This document shows positions 24,123 through 38,077 of a stretch of DNA of 64,000 nucleotides, one piece after another. The notes under the pieces are model-generated. The model made no database searches. It was not told the DNA's origin and saw only the letters and a list, made by a program, of their open reading frames with translations. How positions within the stretch are numbered: position 1 is the stretch's first letter; each line of letters starts with the position of its first letter. Source of the stretch: Squalus acanthias (lineage: Eukaryota); contig CM059448.1 of the NCBI GenBank assembly GCA_030390025.1, forward strand, positions 25,544,001 to 25,608,000, in the 5' to 3' direction. The position numbers were made by a program, and so were the translations under genes.

Positions 24123-25516
24123 TTTTGTGATGTTTGGTTGAGGAAGGAACGTTAGCCAGGATGCTGAGAGCATCTTTGAATAGTACCATGGGGATTCACC
24201 TGAATCATCGGAATCGGTGAATGGGGCTTCGGTTTAACGTTTCATCCAAAAGACGGCACATCTGACAATGCAGCGCTTCTGTACTGCACTGAAGTGTGGT
24301 CATAGATTAGGTGCTTAAGCCTTGATGTGGTTTAAGTCCATAACCTTCTGACTCAGGCAAGAGTTCTACTAACGAAGCCAAGCTATCACTGTAAATGTAT
24401 ACGTCATTGTTTTTCATTTCTCATCTTACGAGTAAAGAAAAATTGAAGCAGTGAACAGGACATGCATGCAGTAAGTCTTAATGATATTTGGTTGCTCTTA
24501 ATGCTTGAAACAACTGGTTTGGCCAGATAGCAAGTACATCCTCACATTAATTGGTGTCACACAGGACCTCTAAATAAATGTGGGTCCCATGACTTTCTGT
24601 AAAGCTCCAGGGTTCTCAGACTAAACAGCTAATATCAGTTAAGAGCTAAAAGTCTTACTTACCACCAAATATTGGAGTTCGTTGTGAACAAGACCCAATG
24701 AGGTGCTACACAATAGCGTGTAAGAAATATAGGAAAATCAATATTTATAAGTGTGTAATACTTTGGGAAGTTCAGATAAGACCATAAACTCGGAGAGCAA
24801 TGCTTGCGATGTGTTGAACACTGATAAACATGGTTATGCACTTTCCCATATATTTCACTGAAACTTCCAAGATACAGGGTTGTTGAGATCACAGCCAGTC
24901 GAGAATTTGATGGAGTTTAATGGTGAGCAGGAACTGATTGGAATGGAGCAAGAGTTATGGCAATCTAAGTGGGTGTGAATTATTTATCACTGCATTCTCC
25001 ATCCATCACAAGCTAATAATGGATTCTCGGTGCAGTGGTGGGAGGCCCGCTGGTCATTGGGCACTGCGTGAGGCTGCACTGTTGTGAGCTGACCACATTC
25101 TATTGCAAGGTCAGCTAATTTACATGATAATCGCGCCACTCTTAGCGTACAATGTATTAGGAATGAATCAGGGTCAAGGAACTTGTTATATATCACCAGC
25201 ATCTCCTCTAAGTTGCCACCTTATACACGAGAATATCAGTTAACCCAAATTTTCTTTACCCTAGCAATGTGTGATGCAGGTGTGTTCAGTGTGTCTCCCC
25301 TTTGTGATCGTGTACGATGTATGTATTCTACTTCCTAACCATGTGTCTCTGTGGATTCAGGTGGTCCAGTGCCTCTTTGTGCTGGGTCAGTAGATGGCCC
25401 ATAACTTGAGGTACGATGGGTATTGCTGCAGTGGCTGCATAGACTTGGATGTTTTCTGTCATATCTAGAGTTAATGGAGTGGGGCAGATGGATGATGTGG
25501 CTTCATCCTGAGTGAG

Positions 25517-25970
25517 GTGTCAGCCATGGCTCAGTGGGTAGCACTCTCGTCTGAGTCAGAAGGTCATTTTATCAAGCCCCACTCTAGAGACTTGAGCACA
25601 TAATCTTGGCTGACCACTCCAGTGCAGTACTGAGGAAATTCTGCACTTAGAGGTGCCGTCTTTCAGATGATAAAACTGAGGCCCCGTCTGCCCTTTCAGG
25701 TAGACGTAAAAGATCTCGTGGCACTATTTCAGAGAAGAGCTGGGGAGTTTTCCCTGGCCAACATTTATCCCTCCACCAACATCACTAAAACAGATTATCT
25801 GGTCATTACCACATTGCTATTTGTGGGACCTTGCTGTGCGCAAATTGGCTGTCGCGTTTCCTACATTACAACATTTTGTAACCACACTTCAAAAAGTACT
25901 TCATTGACTGTAAAGCGTTTTGGGATGTCCAGAGGTCGCGAAAGGCGCTATATAAATAAAGTTTTTTTTT
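25517..25970 (+). mobile_element. DeuSINE, full length
   Basis: gtgtcagccatggctcagtggg A-box head, Deu core, L2-like tail. Confidence 0.85.
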
Positions 25971-26549
25971 GAGTAACATCACCATCATCTGTGCCATCTC
26001 CTGTCATTTCACTACAGTTAGACACTGGGCATGACCAGAGACTCGTGTGGAAATGGACTGCTGCACAGCAATGAGGCTGTTGAAACCTTGCATTATAGTT
26101 GTCCCAATCTGATTCACAACATGGTGAATCCAGACAAGGCAGACTGCTGTAGACTGGATTCCAAAATCTCTAGAGCCCCAGTCGGGAGCATACATTATAA
26201 TGTAGCTATGCCTGAGCTTCGGACCTTCACCAAGAGGGGCCTCCAGTGCAGAGGTCCCTGAAGTGGCCACATTCTCCATAGTAGTCTGCAACTCGAGCAA
26301 ATGGTCATGCAGCACGACACAGATGCACGTTGTGGATTCCTCCACAGAAGCCCCCAGAATCATAGGACGTTGGGCGCATTCTCAAGTAACTGCTGATACG
26401 AGCCAGCAAACTGTATTTTGAGGCAGGCTCTGTGAGGTCCAAATCCCTGGGCTCAGCAGCTGCTGGAGCCCGTGAGGTGTCCCTCTGGCGACTTCTCACT
26501 TCCACCTGCATTTGATCCTCATTCTTGTTCTGTGCTCCACCAGGAATAA

Positions 26550-26806
26550 ATTTTGGCCAGGACACTGGAAAAACTCCCTACTCTTCTTCAAATAGTGCAG
26601 TTGGATCCTTTACATCCATCTGAACAGACGGGTGGGGCCATCGGTTTAACGTCATATCTGAAAGCTGGCAGCTCCAATAATGCAGCACTTTCTTAGTACT
26701 GCAATGATGTGCCAGCCTAGATTATGTGGTCAGGTCCTGGTGTGGGGCTTGAATCCTGGACATTTGATTCAGATATGAGAGTGCTATCACTGAGTCAAGC
26801 TGACAC
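26550..26806 (-). mobile_element. DeuSINE 5' half (degenerate)
   Basis: Deu core and tRNA head on the minus strand. Confidence 0.7.
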
Positions 26807-28137
26807 TTTTTATGTCGATTTGGCTATATAGGCAAGAATAAGATGATTGTAAACGTAATCACCACAAATAGAACAATAACTTGATTTAGAAATTACATGT
26901 TAAATGTATTCAATTGAACATAGTTTAACTCAATCAGCATTACTGTATACAGTCTTGGATGGATCAACTTAATATCATTGGTCAACAATTTTCAGCGTTG
27001 AAGATTATTGTATGCACTTGACAATGTTAGCCCGTTCCATTTTAATAGCTAAATAACAAGTTGGAATCATGTGTGATAAAATAGTTAGCTCCCTGTATTT
27101 TATTTCATACAGTTTGGAAATAGCTAGAGCTAAAATGCAAGATGTCTCTTCTTACCAAACTTCTCAATGAAGGTCAGAAAAAGAGTTGCACATGCGGCCA
27201 GGCCAGATTGAGTGATCGGGAAATTAGTCAGGCACTCTCTCCTAGGCACTAATTGAATTGTACACAGTCAAGGCATTAACAGGCACTTGGAATCCAGACA
27301 ATGTGTAAACACTTGCTCGTTAACATTCTAAGTAATAATCCCGACTATTGTGTCTTTAATTGTGGATAATTGAAGAAGCCTTTTAGACCGGAAAGGTACT
27401 AGGGAATTCTCTTGTTCTTTTTAGTTCTTCCATGAGATCTAAACACTGTGGATGAACTGAGATTCGCATTGGCCACGTGAAATATTGCAGCTGGAAGGCC
27501 TTCCAAGAGTCAAACCTGACTCGTTGTTCATCAGACATTGTAAGAAATAAATTGTAAAATGTGCATTGGATGTCCTTTATGGACATATTCTAATTTAATT
27601 CTTATTAAATTGTGTTGATTTAATATTTGATGTACCATTTAGATTCTTTGTATTAATTAGCCTGTAAATCAATTTGACTATTAGTCTTGGGCTGTACACG
27701 TTGGCTTGACGGTGAGATATTTTCTGCCTTGTGAGAGAGAGAGAAGAATTGATGATTATACCATGTAATCGCCAGTAAATTATATACCACAATTCAACGT
27801 TAATTGTTAATTCTCAGCATCCCCTACACAGCAGATATAAAGATGCAAGTTTGGGATCATAGGAGACTAACACCTTGCACACCGATTACTGTTACATTTC
27901 TTTCTTGAGTCATTACAATATCTGACGGACTTCTCCCTCAATAATGAACACAATCTAGCACTACTATGGGCAGATGTCTTTCTTCTTCACAGTGCTTCTG
28001 ACTTCTACATTAAGGACAACTAAACACTAACAACTTAAAATTAAAACTGAAACCTAACATCCAGGCAAGAATCTCTCTCTCACTGCCCCCACCACCAACA
28101 ACATCTTTAGCTATCAAGATGTATAACAAAACATATT

Positions 28138-28880
28138 GGCCCAGAAATTAAAGACGGAGCCTTCCTGCGGGGTAAGACTTCCCCGCGATATCTCACTGCG
28201 CGCCTGCCTTTTCCTTCCGAGCTCGCACGAACTTTAGTTTCAAGACTGCCGCTGTGCAGTATGTGCGTATCCCACAGACGCAGTTAATTCGTGCGAGCTG
28301 TGGGATCACGTGATTAAGTTTGAGCCAATGGCAGCACCCCATCTTTCATTCATAGTTTTCACAGCAAGTGCTGTCAAAGCTATGAATCTATACCCCCCCC
28401 AAAAGAACAGCTAAACCTCAATTAAATTTTAAAAAAAACCATCACATTAATAAAATAAGTATAGTTAAATAAATTAACCACTTTAAACAAAAAATTACAT
28501 TTTTGGAAAAATTTAAAATCTTTTTAAAAGTTATAAAAATAAACTTACCTTTCTTTAAAGTCTCTAAAAAAGATATACCTGTTGAAAAAAATTCAAAATA
28601 ATACTTAATTAACTACTTACCTTGTTAAAAGAGGGTCTTGCGCCTCCTTTCTTTATGTGCAAAATCTTCCATGCTTACCTGCATGTTCAAAGCACTAAGT
28701 GCACTGTGTGCGCGCAGCCTGTAGCGCGCATGCGGTTCACCTAGGAACCGCCCCCTTTTGAAATCACCAAGTGCCGGTTTTCAGTGCATGCGCAGTGCAT
28801 GCTGGAAACCGGCAATTGGAGACAGAATACGCGAGAGTACACAGTGCGTACTCTCGCGTACTGATACTAATTTTTGGGCC
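28138..28880 (+). mobile_element. Family A MITE, complete
   Basis: ATT|GGCCCAGAAATTA...TAATTTTTGGGCC|ATT: TIR plus perfect 3-bp TSD. Confidence 0.9.
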
Positions 28881-30019
28881 ATTAAGACCAATCTTTTTCT
28901 CTGGGTGCTGACCAAATGCAGTGCACTAGAGGAAGTAGTGCACTTCATTTTCCTGGCCTGGGTTGGGAGGCCTGTGACTATGCTGGGACCGAAGGCTCTG
29001 AGGTCCGAAGATGATCCTGAGGAATTGGAGGGGGAAATAAAAAAAATACCCGAGGGCTCCAGAAATCTTTGGGGTGCTCCCAGATCCTTCACAGATCCCT
29101 TTGTTTGGGCACCCAACAGGCAAAGTTAGACAAAGTGAGGTGCGAGGCTGGAAATGTTTCCTCCTTTCTCATTTTCAGTCCTTATGCTAAATTGTGGACA
29201 GTCAGAAATCCCGGGGCAGGATATTAGGGGCAGAAACATGATGCTATGGCTCTCTCCTCCTGTTTCCTCTCATGCACTTGGGAAATGCTTAATTTGCAGA
29301 TGTCGGTCTTAGTCGGTTAACAATGGATAGGCACTCGGAGTTCTGAAATATCGTCTGTAAAATGTTGTTGAAATTACCCTATAACATTCGATTGGTTTAC
29401 AAACCTTTCATACATTTCCTCCATTTTGCAGTGGAGATATTCAATATGTTCTCTGTTGCAGGAATGGTCCAGTTAAAATTATATCTAAAAATGATAAAAT
29501 ATATCTTATGAAACAACTGTTTAGAATTTTCAATTTAACTTGCTTAGATTGTATCAGTTATGGTAAAACATAAGTATAAACATCAATTAGCTCCATTTAA
29601 GCTTAACAACATCACGTTACAGCGTATAATAGATAATAAGAACATAGCATTTTATATCAGTAACACAAACCTGATATTCATAACACTAGGTATGTAATAT
29701 GTATGTAAAGAAATTAATTTTACAGCATCGTTAGCTACAAGCATTTCCTTTTATGTTATAACTCGTAACAGTGTATTTTTTCAGTAGCTTGGTATTGATG
29801 TAGTACACGCAGATGATAATTTGATACAGTAAGTAATAGGGTCGTCTTCTGAGGAACAGAGACAGGTTAGGAAAGCCTTCTATGAACTGGCCCATGCCAC
29901 ACCAGATCTTGGACCTCCTGAAGCCATCATTAAATGGAAAGTGGAAATATTCAGTCTTGGTCTCCTCAGCATAGAAGCATGATCTTACAGCTGCTTTCAT
30001 GTAATCAAAGCTTTAGAGA

Positions 30020-30265
30020 CCAGGGAATTATGTGCTAAATTAGCTGTTCTCAGCTAGAATGACAGTAAGGAGGGCAAAATTGGCCAGAATTCCCAATCCC
30101 AATTGCTACTTAGTTACTACTGTTAGAAAGTGTTCATGTCAGATGAGGATAGGATCAGGATTGGTGGTGGTGTTCTCCCAAGACTGAATAGCCTGTTGAG
30201 GTCTACTGTCTAGAGTCTGACTTGAAGAATGGCCACGTGGTCAAAGTTGTAGAGGGCTGTTGCTA
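30020..30265 (+). mobile_element. SINE-like family X copy
   Basis: tgtgctaaattagctgttctcagc...gaatagcctg...gaagaatggccac shared with the other copies. Confidence 0.55.
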
Positions 30266-31904
30266 CTTATAAAACCCTTGAGTCACCACCTTCAGCATGG
30301 TAAGGGAAAGATTAGTGGGGTGGCGGAATGCCATTTTCTGTAAGAAGTTCACGATGCTGAAATTGTTGGAAAGAATATTCTTTCTCCTGAAAAGAAAGTA
30401 TTCACCAGAGAAGAGGCTTATGCAACACAGTAGATAGGGCTGCTTCTTTGTACCAGTGACAGCCAGAGGCAAGCATGTATTATCAAGGCCACGTTCCATC
30501 TTTGGAAACGATAAGGTGTTTTGTCAGCAGTAATTAGTTTCCAATTATATGGTCAAAACATCATATTAAAACCACTTTGTTGTCTGGTGACAGCCTTTGA
30601 TCGTGTTGCTTCAGAATCTGGCAGTATTTATGGCTCTGTATGATGTATGCTTCCTGTCAGCCTTGAAATAACAGTAAATGCTGCTGAACAGGCCCCACCT
30701 GCTGAGCTGAATGCTCCGAATCCCTTAGGCAGGTCAGCCCATTTCTCTGCTGAGACAGCTTCCTCCTATTGTGGAAGTGGTTTACAGAAGCTACAAAACA
30801 TGAATACATTTTTGAAGTGTCTTTTAAAATCTAAATGATGCTGACAATATTCTGACTAAGTTAGCAAAGCACTCAAATCTCCAAAGCTTTCGGTGTCCTT
30901 TTTTTTTTATATGGCTCATATAAGCTGATATAAACCCGTCAGAAAACCTGTTGCCAAAGCTTCCCTTGAACATAATCCAATCATCTTCTCGCAATGTTCA
31001 GAGCAAGTTTGGTGACACGTTAAGCCTTTGAGTATTAGATTCCCTTTGTAGCTTTAGATTTCCAACACCATCATAAAATATGGTTGGAGCAACAGACAAC
31101 AAAATGTTTAATCATTTGTAGTAGAGCATGCTCCTGATTAAATTGATTTGAGTAAAGGCAACCATGCCAGTCAAGGGAGGAATATTGTGCTCCCAATTTT
31201 GCCGCAAATCTTTTTTCCTCAGTTTTTCCACCAATGTTTTAATTTGAGTAACTGTAAAATTTACAGTTTACGAAAAGCATGTTATGATATTGTATTTTTT
31301 CAAGACACTGTGTAATATTGGTAAATGTTATGAATTGCCTTACAAGAGACTACTTGCGTGACTGTACCTAGTTGAAGAAAATTTGCTACATTCATTTGTT
31401 TTAATGTTTCTTATTTGAAAAGCTTAAAAGGACTTTTTGCCTTGGTGGCCAGAATTTCCTGTATCCCAAATATAAAGCCTGCACTATCCAAGACCGTGGA
31501 TGACTGCAGACCTACCTTGGTGCTTTTATTTGTGCTGTTTGGGGGAGTTTCTACAGTTTGAATTTCTGTGGGAAGATTGCACTCTAAAAGCTTTTCAAAA
31601 TGGCATTATTACGAAGATTGCAGCAGAATTATAGGCCAGGATTGAAAAAGAAATACCATTTCAGCTACCTGATTATAGCAAAGTATTTGCAACTCACAGT
31701 ACTAGTCTCAGTAATGTGTTCCACTGGGAAATCCAAGCCACACTGACTCATAAAAACCACTGGAAGGGCATTAAATGTTCCCTCCTGTATGATTAAAAAT
31801 GGCAACGTAACAAGCTAAATTTCTCCAGAACACAACCCGAATTGAGATGAACAGGATTGTGCTAGTCTTTGGGTAACTGAAGAAAATCGGCCAATTTTGT
31901 GGTA

Positions 31905-32398
31905 GAATTCATCGTCAAATGATTCCTGGGATGGAGGGACTGTCGTATGAGAAGAGATTGAGTAAACTAGGCCTGTATTCTCTTGAATTCAGAAGAATGA
32001 GAGGGGATCTCATTGAAGCATACAAAATTATTACAGGGCTTGATAAGGTGGATGCTGGGAGAATGTTTCCCTTGGCTGGGGAGTCTAGAACCAGGGGCCA
32101 CAGCCTCAGGATAAAGGGTAGGCCATTCAGGACTGAGATGAGAAGAAATTTCTTCACACAGAGGGTGGTGAATCTTTGGAATTCTCTACCCCAGAGGGCT
32201 GTGGAGGCTCAGTCATTGGGTATATTCAAAACAGAAGTCGATAGATTTCTGACTAGTAAGGGCATCAAGGGATATGACGATAGGGCCGGTGAATGGAGTT
32301 GAGGCAGAAGATCAGCCATGATCTCATTGAATGGCGGAGCAGGCTCGAAGGGCCGAATGGCCTACTCCTGCTCCTATTTCTTATGTTCTTATGTTCTT
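31905..32398 (+). mobile_element. CR1 LINE 3' end, intact frame, with (TTCTTATG)n tail
   Basis: MIPGMEGLSYEKRLSKLGLYSLEFRRMRGDLIE..., 3' UTR and microsatellite tail. Confidence 0.9.
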
Positions 32399-33084
32399 AA
32401 GATCTATATTAGTAGAGTCACAAAACCTGGTGAAATACGAGATGTATCGGTCATACCTCAAGGCCAAAATGGCAAAATCTGAATCAAAACAGGATTGATC
32501 CAAACTCCGAAATAACTGTAGGGTTCATCCTAACTGTGAATTATCCAGGACATTCCAGGCTCTTTCCAACAGTTATGGCATCCAAATGATGTTACTGTGA
32601 CATGAATCTACCACTGGGTAAGTACAAAAGCCAATCTGATGATAGGCCTTTATTAAATAGATTAATGGGAAACAAGTAGTCTGTTGGCTGCTGTGTTAGA
32701 AAAAAAAATCTATATTCAGAGAATTAAATTACTAGATGATAAATCGTAAATTACTCAGCTTTCTGTCTTTTTGTTCGGACATAAAACATGCTGGAACGTT
32801 TTTTTAAATTATAACAATGAGAAAGCAAGACTTGGTTAAAATACTAGGTCCATTTCTGCTCAAACCAAACTAATGGGTATGTTTTCGTCTTTTTCGCTCA
32901 AAACTAATTAATTGCCCTACTTTTCAATGGTCAGCATTAAAAATAGGAATGCATTTTTACTTCACCTAGCTTGTCCCCCAACACAAATTTTAAAACAGGA
33001 AAAACATAAAACTGGCCAATCATGACACTTCAATAATGGTCAATTGTCACTTCTGAAGAAGCTAAATTGGCACGTCGCTCCTGA

Positions 33085-33273
33085 AACCACTCTGCCTCTC
33101 TCTTCACCTTTAAGACGCTCCTTAAAACCCACCTCTTTGACCAAGCTTTTAGTCACCCCTCCTAATACCTCCTTCTTTGACTCACTGTAAATTTTTGTCC
33201 GATTATGTTCCTGTGATGCACCTTGGGACGTTTTACTACGTTAAAGGTGCTATATAAATTCCAGTTGTTGTTG
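33085..33273 (+). mobile_element. L2 LINE 3' end fragment
   Basis: taagacgctccttaaaacccacctctttgacc...tataaattccagttgttgttg. Confidence 0.8.
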
Positions 33274-33752
33274 TAAATGGCAAATATTTTGCTTATCTTG
33301 TGCATTGTGCTAAATTTTTTTTTTATATATGTCCCAACAGCAAGATCGAAATACAGTACCATGACCAAATTCTTACTCTCAGTCATGATCTCACCCAACA
33401 CCTGCTCGCAGCCCTAAGTTGACATGACTCCACTGGTGACTGTGACCTGAACCTTGCTGACAGCCCCATCCCAATCCAACCTGACTTGAACTGGAAGCCC
33501 ATACTCAACCCACACCCAGTCATTGCTGGCACTTAAATGGATGAGTTTACAGCTGACAACTTAGTGACTTAATATGCAGACAGTCGCAAGGTCAGGACTG
33601 CTGTTGGGGGTCAGAATGCCAGTGGGAGTCTGGTTAATCAGGGGATCATGCCACATCCCGTGCAGCTGTCCTAAATCTGCCGCTGATTATTTCTGAACAA
33701 ACAGCTCTGTCAATACATCCAAATCTTGACCTTCCATATGGCCAATCACTCA

Positions 33753-34801
33753 GATTCTGAGAGGGCTTGACAGGGTAGATGTTGAGAGGCTGTTTCCCCT
33801 GGCTGGAGAGTCTGGGGGCAAAAATTGAGTCGCGCCCCCTTTGCGGGGGGGGAAATTGCATCGCCCCCCCTTTAGGGCACTAAATTAGCACCCCCATGGC
33901 CGAAATTGATCGGTAGCGCCCCAAGAGGGAATATCACGGCGCTGCGGCACATCGCGCCGCGGTACTGCAAGCCTTCCTCCCCTTCTTAAAGGGGAGGGGC
34001 CTTGCGCAGCGCAACCCGGGGCCCAGCTGGGCCACCAGGGATCAGAGTGCCGGCAAAAGAGCTCGGCACTCAAGAGAAGTGCCGGGCTCATGGAGCACAG
34101 CCGGCACTCTGCGGGGGGGTGGGGGGGCTAAAGAGGAGGCCGGGGACGGCAACGGGGGCAGGTGCTGGCAAGCGGCCAGCAACAAAAATGGATGCCCAGC
34201 ACCTCGCCTTTAATTAACACCGCCCCGGCCGCAGGTAGGCCCCCCTGACCCCGTAGGACATAGCGTCCGGCGGTAAGTCAGGGGGCGCTACCGACGATCG
34301 CAGCGGGGGCGCTGCATACGGCGATGACTTCATCGCCGGCGGCGCAGTGCCGTGGGGCGCTAATGGTTACCGCCGCCGCTAACCTCCCACTGAATTTCGC
34401 GGGAGGCGTTGGCGACGCCGCGACCGGTCGCTAGTTGCTTTGCCTCTTAGTGCACTAACGGGAGGCGCAAAGCAACCAAATTTTTCCCTCTAGAACTAGG
34501 GGTCATAGTCTAAGGATAAGGGGTCGACCATTTAGGACTGAGATGAGGAGAAATTTCTTCACTCAGATGGTGGTGAATCTTTGGAATTCTCTACCCCAGG
34601 AGGCTGTAGATGCTCAGTCGTTGAGTATATTCAAGGATGAGATAGATAGATTTTTGGACTCTAGGGGAATCCAGGGATATAGAGATCGGGCGGGAAAGTG
34701 GAGTTGAGGTCGATGATCAGCCATGATCTTATTGAATGGCGGAGCAGGCTCGAGGGGCCGTATGGCCTACTCCTGCTCCTATTTCTTATGTCCTTATGTT
34801 C
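33753..34801 (+). mobile_element. CR1 LINE 3' end interrupted by a MITE
   Basis: Collinear with the 31905 copy on both sides of 33814-34488. Confidence 0.9.
33814..34488. mobile_element. GC/CpG-rich MITE (family C) with TCT TSD
   Basis: TCT|GGGGGCAAAAATT...AATTTTTCCC|TCT; the empty site reconstructs CR1 ggagagTCTagaactagg. Confidence 0.85.
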
Positions 34802-36312
34802 TGACTGGGGCATCAAAACGTATTTATTGTTTTTATTCTCCCTGCGTATGACTCCAATCTTTTTATTAATGGCCTTTAAGCAGGCCTTCATGGTCCTTTC
34901 AACAATGGTTCTGGGGTTCTATTAATTGCTCTTCAGCCCTTTCACAATTGGAGCAACAGAATAGTGCTAGAATCTGACCTTTTGGTCTGTTTCCATTCAT
35001 TACTTGTCTTGCTTACCTGTTTGCTGCTGTCTACTTTATCATTACATTTTACAGCCAGAAGAATACATACTTCTAGGACCCTTATATTAGGAGCCAAAAC
35101 GAAGCCATTAATATCACTTATTTTCTCATGGAAATCAACAACAGTAAAACTTTAAACCAATTCTGTGTCTCCAGCTGCAAAGTCACTTTTTTTTTATTTG
35201 GTAAAGCTTGGTTGTGATTCAATCTATTAAAACTATCCAAATGTGGATGAGCTGGGAATTCTAGCCTGCATTTGTGCACATTTTAATAGATCCTCTTGCT
35301 CGGTTTATCATCTCCCAGCTGAACTTTGCATGACATTGTTGCTAAAGCAGTGAAGAAATAAGCTGCCTGCTTACCACCCTCCTACCAGAAAGAGGCTGTG
35401 TGGTGGCAGGAGACAAGGAGGTAAGCCTAGTATTACATTTATGTGGCTGTGCAATAGACCAACCAACGAGCACTTCAAAAAGAGATTTTCTTCCAAGTTT
35501 CTCGCGTCAAATTTTTGCTGATATGTAGGTCGGATGTAATATATTGCAGGTTATGAGTGCTCCCTACTGGGACTGAATGCCAAGCCTGCATTCAAAGAGA
35601 TAGAAGAAGCTTCTGACACATTTGATGGCGTACGTATGTGGAGTCTGTGAAACGGAAAGAAAAACAGCTTCTTCTGTCAAACTGTCAGTGAAATGAGCTT
35701 TTGTATTCAGTCAGTGCTGGGTAAAACATTGAAGAGTTCTTCAATGGCAAGAATGTGCAAGCTCCCTAGTGTGATCAGAAATATACTTCAGGTGTACAAT
35801 TGCATACCAAAGCATTGTGTTACTGCGTCTCTCAGTGCCTTCATCCAGTCACTACCCAAGTAAGGTTTGAAGTGAAAGAAGTTGCTTCTGCAATAAGATA
35901 CGTTGCCTTGTATAATAGACTGCACAGTCTGTGGAGCTTCTTCATGTAGATCCGTAATCAGTCCATTGTCCTCTCTCATGTGCACACAGTAAACCTTTGT
36001 CTAATTGAGACCCAAAGGGTTAGTTGGAAGTTGTCCTTACAGAAATGTAGCCTTTAGAGATTCAATCTTATCCCTGTTTATAATAAATCACTTTGAGAGG
36101 AAAATAAACTGTTCTGGACAGGTGCACTCTGGGACAGGTTTGATTATAGCGGGCCAATGTTGGATGTCTTTCTGTAGTCCACAGAGTGCTCCAGTGTAAT
36201 GCATGATTAACAGAAATTATACAATTTAGACATGAAGAATTGAAATTCAGAATCTGAAATCCCAGTGTTATTTGTTTGTCTTTTTGCACAGCTGTGTCAC
36301 AATTAACGCTTA

Positions 36313-37043
36313 GGCTCCAATTTTAACTCCGGCCAAGTTTTGGGGGTTGGGTAGCGAGGTGAGTGTGAAACTCGGCCGCTGTCGTAGAAATAATACCCAG
36401 GCTATTTTAACTCCCGGGCCTCATTTAAATAATATATCCCAACTTGAACATGTATCACTGTTCCTTCACCGTCACTGGGTCAAAGTCCTGGAACGACCTA
36501 CCTAACAGCATTTTGGGAGTACCGTCACCACATGGACTGCAGCGATTCAACCACATTCCTGTTCTGGGCGGGAACTTGGCAGGAAGCTGCGGAAAATCGT
36601 GCAATGCAAGATAGGTAGCGGTATTGGGTTCTCGGGTCATCTCGCAGAGGTCTCTCGTTCGGGGTCGGCGGGGGGCGGGGAGAGGGTGTAATTCCAGGGC
36701 AGGGGCGGCCTAAGCTTTCCTTGCGGGGCCTAGAGGAGCATTCCTGGTCCCACAAAGGAAAGAAAAAAACCTGGCTGCTCCTGACTGGCTTTCACCTGGC
36801 GGGAAAGCCACGGTGGCTTCCCCGCTCGGGCCTCAATTAAAAATGATGTCATGAGGACCGACATGCATAAATGAAGAAGGGGCCTACTGGTTTCCAGCAG
36901 GTGTCCTTGCAGCCTGCTCAGGAGAGCAGGTTAAAATCCCAAATGGCGGGATCCTGGCTGTTTTCCGGAGGGTTAATAACCTGGACGATTTTAACTGCCC
37001 ACCTGTCCGGTTACCAACAGGTGGGTAGAGTTAAAATCACCCC
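36313..37043. mobile_element. MITE (family D) with TTA TSD, containing a LINE 3' fragment at ~36445-36552
   Basis: TTA|GGCTCCAATTTTAACTC...GAGTTAAAATCACCCC|TTA. The internal ttccttcaccgtcactgggtcaaagtcctggaac...ggactgcagcgattcaa is LINE-tail-like. Confidence 0.75.
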
Positions 37044-38077
37044 TTAGCTATCACACATTTTGCGCAAATGCTTGAAATTCGTATCGAAGAAATTTGAATT
37101 TGCCCTAATTTAGCTGAAATCTTGAATGCAGAATAAATTGTATTTACCAAAAGGTTTAATTTTGTTAGACATTATTGTCCAATCGTATTTGCATTTAAAA
37201 AGATAGTAGATGATTGCATAAGGAAGAAGAATTTATGAGGAGATGAGCTAAATTAAATGCAGACACGAGTACTGAGTGTAAAATTTCTATGTTACCGTCA
37301 TCTTTTGGAAATCCAACTGATCCGTGTCAGCGAATCTGTCCAGGCCGTGGAACTTTAGAGTATCTAGGTCATGAAGTTCCCTTCTGGAATGGACAGTACG
37401 ACACATTACTTTGGATTCAACAAGTTTTCTTCATCTCCATTATCTGGCCTTGAGTTGTTGGTGCTTTGGAGTTCCCATCCCAGTTGAACGTTCTATTGAA
37501 TCTATGGCGCTCCCATTGGACTCTATATTGTTCAGATAATGGAGCTCACACCCACTCCATCGGCACACCCCACTTTGGAATGACTTACTGAAGTCATGGA
37601 CCTCCCCTTATGTTCAGGCCAGGTACATCCCCATTCTCTTTAGAATGCAGTGTTGAAGACAATGGGCCAAGGTCCCTGCGCCTGAATGGGTAGGCCCCAA
37701 GGCGCACCCGATATTGGGTCCCGGGCTTCTTTTAAATCAGGCCAGCGAGCTGCAGACGCTTGCTGGCCATCCTCTGGCAGCTTGCTGGTGAAAAGGCTTC
37801 GAACCTAGGGCCGCCGCATCGCCGGCAGCAGTCCTCGGGTAAGTGCTTAAAGGGCAAGGAAGGGTGATGGGACGGGGGTGGAAGCGGCAATTGGGAGGGG
37901 AGGTGAGCGGGGGCCGATAGCAGCCCGAGCTTTTAATTTGAGGTCGGCAGGAGCACCAAACGCAAAGTAATCTTGCCATCATTCTCATTTGCTGTTTGTG
38001 GAATCTTGGTATGCAAATTCATTGCACTTTTTACAGATGTACAGCAGTGATTGCACTTCAGAGGAATTAATTTCATT

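Larger units (their letters stand above)
23550..24390 (-). mobile_element. Old DeuSINE carrying two nested insertions
   Basis: SINE tail, core and head are collinear once 23622-23797 and 23921-24122 are removed. Confidence 0.75.

Noticed and set aside
31919-32302. 127-aa ORF (and the 144-aa ORF at 58367-58801) as host genes
   Set aside because: Both are CR1 ORF2 C-termini followed by the CR1 3' UTR and tail; 5'-truncated retrocopies.
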